A DNA stretch of 64,000 bases, taken from NCBI RefSeq assembly GCF_009914755.1, contig NC_060936.1, one strand, 5' to 3'. Made by a program: the position numbers and the translations under genes. How positions within the stretch are numbered: position 1 is the stretch's first letter; every line of letters starts with the position of its first letter. The notes under the pieces are model-generated. The model saw only the letters and a program-made list of their open reading frames with translations, ran no database searches and was not told the origin of the DNA. Of the stretch, positions 55,777 through 64,000 are shown piece after piece. The DNA comes from the human T2T-CHM13v2.0 reference genome, Homo sapiens.

Positions 55777-56619
55777 TTTTCCCACTGTAATTCAAGGCAT
55801 AATTGGAACAAGTTGTTGCCTTTGAAAATAAAAAATAAAAAGTACTTTGAAAAAACATTCTTCTTAGACTTCACCTTGTTTCTACCATCCAGATACAATA
55901 CATAATAAAATAAAGAATGACTAGGAAATTTTGAGAGACTTGAGGGTGTCTCATAATAGTTAATATGAGTAAATATAGTATTAACTTTAGTCTTTAAGAA
56001 CTGTAAGACATGACTTTAACATCTTACTATTCAAGATGGGTCTATTGAACTTCTGTGGTAAAAGGTTTAAGAGACCTTAAACCTGTTAAGGCTCTTAAGC
56101 TTAAAGGTAAAGACTTTAAGAGACTTTTGCATTCATATCTGTTTTATCAGTCAGCCGTCTTAATCAATTGCATCTTTGGTATAACTTACTGGATAATTTT
56201 TAAAAAATTATTTTAGCTATATGTGTATAAAATTGCTGTATACAAAATATACCTTTAGACTTAATTTTTCTATAAGAGGCAAAAGCGAGGATATATTATA
56301 ATAAAATTACATACCTTTTTAAAGAAAAGTGTGATGTTGGCTTTTATTTATGAGATTTTTTAAAAAAAACCTTTATGCTTATTATTTCCTCTTCAATTAT
56401 TTAAGGTTAAATTGCATTTTAGAACTCAAATTTGAAACTTCTCCCTGAGTTTCAACCCAATTTTCGGGCAATGAGAACATATTAAGGCTCTCAGTGTGCT
56501 ACAATAATATTTAATCATATTATAATTATAATAACTTAAGGGATACATCAAAATGTCTCTTTGGAAAAGGTATAGTAGGTTGTGGTAAATAATGATATTT
56601 TTTGTAACATACGTGGGAA

Positions 56620-56621
56620 TT

Positions 56622-56672
<51 letters not shown>

Positions 56673-56711
56673 CTCTCTCTCTCTTTCTTTTCTTCCTTCC
56701 TTCCTTCCTTC
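56620..56711. repeat. (TTTC)n(TC)n(TTCC)n polypyrimidine tract
   Basis: ~90 bp of pure pyrimidine. Confidence 0.95.
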
Positions 56712-56906
56712 AGCACAAGTGTATAGAACATAAAAATATTTAAATAATCTTTTTATGGGAATGCAAAGAAAGTGGTAGAGGGCAGAGTTGAGGTATCTAG
56801 TTCATAAGCTGAACTTGCAACACTTGCCTGGAAGTCTCCCTTACCAAAGATACAACGTTATTTAAAAATCTATTGATTACAGAGCTTAGTAAATTAAAAA
56901 AGTCTA

Positions 56907-57276
56907 CGTATTAGTCCGTTCTCACACTGCTATAAAGAACTAACTGTGGCTGGGGAATTTATGAAGAAAAGAGGTTTAATTAACTTACAGTTCCACAGGC
57001 TGTACAGGAAGCATGGCTGGGAGACCTTCAGAAACTTAAAATTATGGCAGAAGGTGAGGGGGAAGCAAGCACGTCTTCACATGGCTGTCAGGAGCAGTTG
57101 GAGGGAGGTGCTACACACTTTTAAACAAGTAGATCTCCAGATAACTCTATCACAAGAACAGCAATGGGGAGCTCTGCCCCCACGATTCAATCACTTCTCA
57201 CCAGGCCCCTCCTTCAATACTTGCAATCACAATTCGACATGAGATTTGGGTGGGGATACAGAGCCAAACCATATTA
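56907..57276 (-). mobile_element. MSTA solo LTR
   Basis: CACAGGCTGTACAGGAAGCATGGCTGGG and GAGGTGCTACACACTTTTAAACAA; TSD GTCTA / GTCTG. Confidence 0.9.
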
Positions 57277-57432
57277 GTCTGTCATATTCATGGTGGCTGT
57301 GATGGGTTTGTTGCCAGCCAATGGCAAATTGCTTGCATAAATACATTAATGACATATTTCAGTGGCCACATTTCTCCCTCTTGGGACCTAGAAGAGCCTG
57401 TGTGTTAAGTTGTTCTTCAAGTTTAGTCCTAC

Positions 57433-57805
57433 TGGTATGGTCTGAATGTTTGTGTTCCCACCAAATTCATATGTTAAAAACCTAATCACCAATGTGTTAG
57501 AAGGTGGTATTTTGGAGCGGTGATTAGGTCATGAGGGTGGAGCCCTCATGAGTGGGATTAGTGCCCTTATAAAACAGGCTCCAGAGAGCTGCTTTTGCCT
57601 CTTCCACCAGGTGAGGACACAGCTAGAAGGTGCCATCTATGAACCAGAAAACCAGGCACTGACATATTCGGTGCCTGGTGAGCATAATATGCCAGTGCCT
57701 TGATCTTGTACTTCCTAGCCTCTAGAACCATGAGAAATACATTTCTGTTGCCTACAAGCTACCCAGTTTATGGTATTTTTATAGCAGTCCAAACAAACTA
57801 AGATA
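57433..57805 (+). mobile_element. MLT1A0-like solo LTR
   Basis: TATGGTCTGAATGTTTGTG ... GGATTAGTGCCCTTATAAA ... AACTAAGATA; perfect TSD CCTAC at 57428-57432 and 57806-57810. Confidence 0.9.
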
Positions 57806-58896
57806 CCTACGTTCTCCATTCTTCCTTTTCTCACAATATTTCTTTACCTCTGAAACCTGATTTAAATGAACATAAATACGTAGCTTGAATCAAATAGCCA
57901 AAAGGAACTAATCTGAGGGAAACATGTACTGGGAAACCAGCCTCATTCCTTTGACTTGATTACCTTCATAAACCATTCATTCTAGCAGAACTATTACTAC
58001 TAACAGCAAAACTAACTACCTACTTTATTTATTTTACGGAGTCCTTGAATTAATTCAGTTGCCTGGCCCTGGGAAAGGTTGCAGTTGACCATGAACTGGT
58101 AGACAGGCAAATGTATAACATGCTTCCTCTGAAAGGTTTGCTTAAAGAAGATCAACTTCCTAGATTTGAAGAAAAGGTATGTTAAAATAACGAGAAAAAA
58201 GAAAACCTATATTGTAGCTACACTGTGAAGTAATTGGAATAATTGAATAAGGATAAGAAATGTAAGCATTCTCTTTAGTAGACTACCTCCTATACCATTC
58301 TGTACTTAAAGCAGTGCATTCCCATTGTGTACATGGACACTCTTCAGAATGGAGTAAGGAAAACAAACCCCACACACTTGGATAGCACCCTACTCTTGCT
58401 ATTTTTCTTAGCAGTGAGCTCCCTTCTTTAGAAAAGGAAAATAAGAGCCAAGATAATGAAAATACAAAAGGGAAAATGTCATGCTAGGTTAGGTTAGTGG
58501 TTTTCATCTAGTCCCCATTTTTTTCAAAACATAGGATGCATGTCCCTGGTGGTCTAAGGTCACACACACACACACACACACAAACCACGACATTAAATAA
58601 TAGTGACTTACACGGGGAGGAATATTCAATTTTATTTTATCTTATTTCTTGTATTGAACTCATAAATAATACTTGTTTTTTTTTTATGTCTTAAATTTTT
58701 GGCATATTCTGCTAACCTCTCTTAAATATTTGCCACTTGTCCTTTATAATACTGAAAGTAGACTTCGGCTTAGAACCTTTGGTAGACAACAGTATCTGGT
58801 TACAATTTAATAAGTTTTAAAGTTATAATTTGTTTTTAATTGTAATTTTCTATTTACTGTGATGATATAAAATCATCTTTAAAATAAATAAGTTGG

Positions 58897-59497
<601 letters not shown>

Positions 59498-60249
59498 TCA
59501 ATAAACTGTCAACATTATATTGACTCTTTCTTCCAAAATGCTGAGTTTTGAAGATGTGAGATAAGAAAAGTACCTTACTACCAGAATTACTTTTAAAAAG
59601 TAAACATTAAACAGTAAAGAAAGATAAGAAAAATAATCTCTTAGTCAATACTAATTATTTCATGACTTAGAAATCCTATACTATGTTATTTTTTTAAGAC
59701 TGGAGGTGAGCTTTTTTACAGTCTAATTAAAGATTCTAGTTAAGAATCTCAAGATTTGTAACTTATATATCCAAAGTCCTAAACTTCTCTGTGTCTGGTA
59801 CTAAATACTTAAGTTATCTGTCACATACATTCTTTCTCCTTCCACAGCAACTTTCAGTCTATCAACTATCTGAAGCCTCTACAGGCAGAATGAAGAAAGT
59901 TTGAAATAGTGAAGTTCAGGAATAATACAATCCATTAATTAAGTCATGAGAAAAGTCAATCAGTATACATTGAATCCCTCTTTGTACCAAGCTCTTTGAT
60001 ATTAAATGAATACACATGTAAAACATATGTGATCTCAAGGATATAGTCGTTATAAAACAAACTACGTTTGACTTACAAATGCATTTTATTTTTCAAGGCA
60101 AGTGATAAGGAAAACTAAGTATTATTTTTAACGCTCTTTTTCCGAAGGACATGGTATCTCAAATTCATAGCTATCCACCATTCTCTATTTATTACACCTG
60201 ATCCTCTAGTAGGTTGTATCATCTGTCTGCACCTAAAGGCATTAAACTG

Positions 60250-60640
60250 GTGACCCCAGATTTAAAATAGAATGGGGAGACAATTAAACAAATTGAATAA
60301 ATTGATCCGCAAGAACACTAGGTACTGTGGGAACATGCAGAAGGGCGTCCTACTGACCTTGGTGTAAATGAAGATGGATACGTTTTGAAAAACAAGTAAC
60401 TGTTATCCCACTTGAAAAGAGAATAAAAAGTGGATCAGGAAAAAGGCAACAACACATATAAAGGAAGAGCATCTTGAGGCATATAAGATGATACAGCACT
60501 ACAATTAGTAAAGCTTTATGAGAATAAAGGACAAAAGATCAAATGGAGCTTGGTGGAGGGAGTCTAAAGCCAGATTAAGAAAGTTCTTTTATTTTATATT
60601 TATTTTATAGTAAAGATTGGGATTTATCTTAAAAATAAAG
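60250..60640 (-). mobile_element. L2 fragment
   Basis: TAGAATGGGGAGACA, GTACTGTGGGAACATGCAG, TTGGGATTTATCTTAA. Confidence 0.55.
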
Positions 60641-61659
60641 GATGGATACTAATATGCTCATATATTAATATAGTCATGTTTTCCCAATTTACACCTAGCT
60701 TGAAGATAATCAAGGGATTTGCAATGACAATATCTACTGTTCTAGGCCCAATCCAGTTTGATTTGCAAGATTAGGTTCTCTTAGCCCTGCAGTTACTTGT
60801 GGTTTCTGAATTAGTTTCATAGTCTCTCTGGGCATCTGCTCTTCTGCGTTTTTCTTTTCTGGTATCCTTAAAGAGATTTCATTAAGGAATAATGATTACC
60901 TCAGATACCTTGGCCTCTAAGTTGCTCCTTTACACTAAAACTCCAGCAGCAGGATCAAAGGTAGATTAGCTAAAGTTCAAAGTGATTGTATCTCACTCTT
61001 GTACTCTCTTTCTTCTCTTCCTCTAGTTTTCTTCCTATTTTCTTTCCCTACCTACTATTCATGGAGAACTTTTTTCTACTTTTGCAATCAGTTAAGTGCT
61101 CTTCCAAGACACAGCATTGCAAAAATTGAACCGGGGTGGGAGTAAGGGGGGAAAACACACATACACACACATGCTGTCAAAACCAAGAGACTACATGATC
61201 CATTATAAAATAAAATATGCAGTTTTTAAAATATGTTTAAGTTATTAATTAAAATTCCATAAAATGTAGATTATTATTTTTCTCCCACAGAATATGTCAT
61301 ATCTCTGATAACAGATAGAAATAGGGCAGTCAATCCTTTCTGCGTGAGGTTTCAATAATTTATTTTGCCAATTGGCTTAGGGAAATTCTATACACAATTG
61401 TAATGAGTTTTTGTAACCTAAATAAAAGATTAATAAGAATTAGGAAAACCATCACTTATAAGTGCTTGTCACAGCTCCCGAAAGTCATCTAGAAACTTAC
61501 AAAATGTATGAGCTTCTTCTTCGTTTCAGAATAATGTTTCATTTAAATCAATGTAATCTAAATTTCCACTTTCTTGGTTGAAATCTGTTATTGCCTTCCT
61601 ATAAACTTTAGGATAAACTAAAAATTCTAATCAAAACATGTAAAGTTCTAATAACTCAC

Positions 61660-62245
61660 TGATATGGTTTGACTGTGTTCCCATTTCAAGCTAGGAAGTA
61701 ACTAACTTGCTTTTGATTTTATAGGCTCATAGATGGAAGGGACTTGCCTTATCTCAGATGAGACTTTGGACTGTGGACTTTTAAGTTAATGCGGAAATTA
61801 GTTAAGACTTTGGGGGACTGTTGGAAAGGCATGATTGGTTTTGAAATGTGGAAATATGAGATTTGGGAGGGGTCAGGGGCAGAATGACATTGTTTGGCTG
61901 TGTCCTCACCCAAATCTCATCTTGAATTGTAGCTCCCATAATTTCCGCATGTTGTGGGAGGGAACTGGTAGGAGATAATTGAATCGTGGGGGTGGTTTCC
62001 CCCATACTGTTCTTGTGGTAGTGAATAAATCTCACGATATCTGTTGATTTTATGAGGGGTTTCCTCTTTTGCTTGGTTCTCATTCTCTCTTGTCTACTGC
62101 TATGTAAGACCTGCCCTTCACCTTCTACCATGATTGTGAGGCCACCCCAGCCAATGTGGAAGTGTGAGTCCATTAAACCTCTTTTTTAAATTAGCCAATC
62201 TCAGGTATGTCTTCTTTGTGAGCAGTGTGAAGATGAACTAATACA
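61660..62245 (+). mobile_element. Internally deleted THE1B-like element: 5' LTR stub, end of internal region, complete 3' LTR (61885-62245)
   Basis: TGATATGGTTTGACTGTG stub joined to CTAGGAAGTAACTAACTTGC; polypurine tract GGGAGGGGTCAGGGGCAGAA; TSD CTCAC / CTGAC. Confidence 0.9.
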
Positions 62246-62379
62246 CTGACGTATTCATTCATTTATCTATCATTTAATGAACATGTATTAAGAACCTAGT
62301 AAATGTCATGCACTTTACCAGGTGCATTGTCCATCTGGTTTCTTTCTAACTTTTAGGCTTTTATCTTGCCATATGTCCA

Positions 62380-62980
62380 CTCCATTCTACATGACAGCCA
62401 TCCTCACCCCCACTTGCAGTTCCCCTGATATGCCCAGCTCAATCACACACCCATATCTTCCCTATACTGTTTCTGTGACAAGGATGCCCTTTACATCTCA
62501 TTTATGTAGCTCAATGCTTCAACAACATATGTGATCTTTGAAATGAAATGGAGGATTTTTAAAAATACATATTCCAGATAACCAATCTTTATTATTTTGA
62601 TTCACAGACCAGTAGATCTGTGGTGGGACTTATGACTGTCATTATTTCTAAAAGGTTTCACAGGAAATTGAGATAATAATTTCATTTTGAAACATTTGAC
62701 CAATTAATACCTCTTTAATCTTTAAGGCTAAAATTAGGTACCACTCCTCATTAAAAACATTAGTTGACCTCATGTTTACTTAAGTGACCATTTTTGCATT
62801 CAATAATGGCACTTGAGCTCCTTGAACTGTGTTTATATTTTAGTTTTGTTTTTGTTTTTTTTTTTGAATTTTTTTCCTAAACTGTGAGGAACTCAATTAT
62901 CTCTTCATTTTTATCCTAATTGATATGCAGTTCCAGGCATAAGAAGGCTGTGTCAATATTTGTTAAATGGATGAATAAGC
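62380..62980 (+). mobile_element. L2 3' region, probably with a nested MER5-type relic (~62520-62700)
   Basis: TGAGCTCCTTGA and CCAGGCATAAGAAGG..TCAATATTTGTTAAATGGATGAAT tail. Confidence 0.55.
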
Positions 62981-63013
62981 CTACAATATATTTTTATATA
63001 CCTTAAGAATATC

Positions 63014-63055
<42 letters not shown>

Positions 63056-63223
63056 CTTTAAGTTTTAGGGTACATGTGCACAACGTGCAGGTTTGTTACA
63101 TATGTATACATGTGCCATGTTGGTGTGCTGCACCCATTAACTCGTCATTTACATTAGGTATATCTCCTAATGCTATCCCTCCCCCCTCCCCCCATCCCAC
63201 AACAGGCCTGGGTGTGTGATGTT
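63014..63223 (-). mobile_element. Short L1PA4/5-like 3' fragment with (TTA)n tail
   Basis: ATACTTTAAGTTTTAGGGTACATGTGCACAACGTGCAGG..CCCATTAACTCGTCATTTACATTAGG. Confidence 0.93.
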
Positions 63224-63499
63224 TAAAAAATAATGAAGGCTTTTCAGTATCTAGCCAAATATTACCAACTTTTGTGGAATAGAAGTACAAAGCTCACCAA
63301 GATATCACATGTAGTATAAAATCAATCATTTATTTTTACTACATACTAACTATGCTTTTATGAGGGTAGAATTGAGTTACAAAGGAAAAACTTCATACTA
63401 CTCATGTTATTTCATTTTCATATGCATCTTAACACATTAAGTATACTATCTTTTACTCTCCAGTTTATTTGCTTGGAGTGTCTTAATATCCATGTTAAA

Positions 63500-64000
63500 A
63501 TTCAGGCCACAGACTGAAAGACTAATGCAGTGTACATAAAGGACAATGAATTAGCAACCAGCATATATAAAGAAGTAAAAATCAACAATAAAAAGGCAAA
63601 TAACCCAAACCCAATAGTAATAAGGGAAATTTACCTTAAAAACCAGAATGAGATGTCAGTTCACACATTTAAATTAAAAATCAAGACCAGGCACATGGCT
63701 CACACCTGTAGTCTCAGCACTTTGAGAAGTCGAGGTGGGAGAATTGCTTGAGCCTTAGAGTTAAAGACCAGCTTGGGCAACATAGAGAGACCTCATCTCT
63801 AAAAAAATAAAAAAATAAAAAATAAAAGGAAATCTGTTTTTTTTTGTTTGTTTGTTTTGTTTTTCAGCAAAAGTATACATCAAAACATCCAGCAATGTCA
63901 AGTGCTAGAGATAATGTGCACTCCTAGGAACTTCCGTACACTTTGGATGGCAGTGTAAAGTGTCACAACCATTCTGGAGAACAATTTGGAAAGGTCCAGA
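63500..64000 (+). mobile_element. Old L1M(E) ORF2 C-terminal fragment, interrupted by an Alu monomer
   Basis: AATCAACAATAAAAAGGCAAATAACCC, TAGTAATAAGGGAAAT, CAACCATTCTGGAGAACAATTTGG. Confidence 0.65.
63685..63827 (+). mobile_element. FLAM_C / AluJ left monomer
   Basis: Single arm with TTGCTTGAGCC..AGACCAGCTTGGGCAACATAG and an A-rich tail. Confidence 0.85.

Overview
AT-rich primate (very likely human) genomic DNA that looks intergenic or intronic. I find no recognisable protein-coding gene, RNA gene or CpG island. Longer entries in the ORF track are Alu, L1 or MaLR remnants, and the rest resemble nothing I recognise. Much of the window is transposon-derived: the 3' end of a young pre-Ta-type L1 with an apparent 3' transduction, a near full-length L1MA, L1PB/L1PA/L1M fragments, about a dozen Alus, a two-LTR THE1 element, several solo MaLR/ERVL LTRs, and L2, MIR and MER5 relics. 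Subfamily calls are by eye from recalled consensus sequences and need RepeatMasker/Dfam confirmation. I cannot support a new gene system. The most striking unexplained structure is a cluster of short templated copies and template-switch scars of different ages: an exact 116-bp direct copy, an 82-bp inverted copy 16 kb away, a ~130-bp direct copy, a fold-back inversion in an LTR, a micro-inversion at an L1 deletion junction, and several iterated-slippage tracts. There is also a strong candidate non-coding exon on the + strand at 51112-51354.
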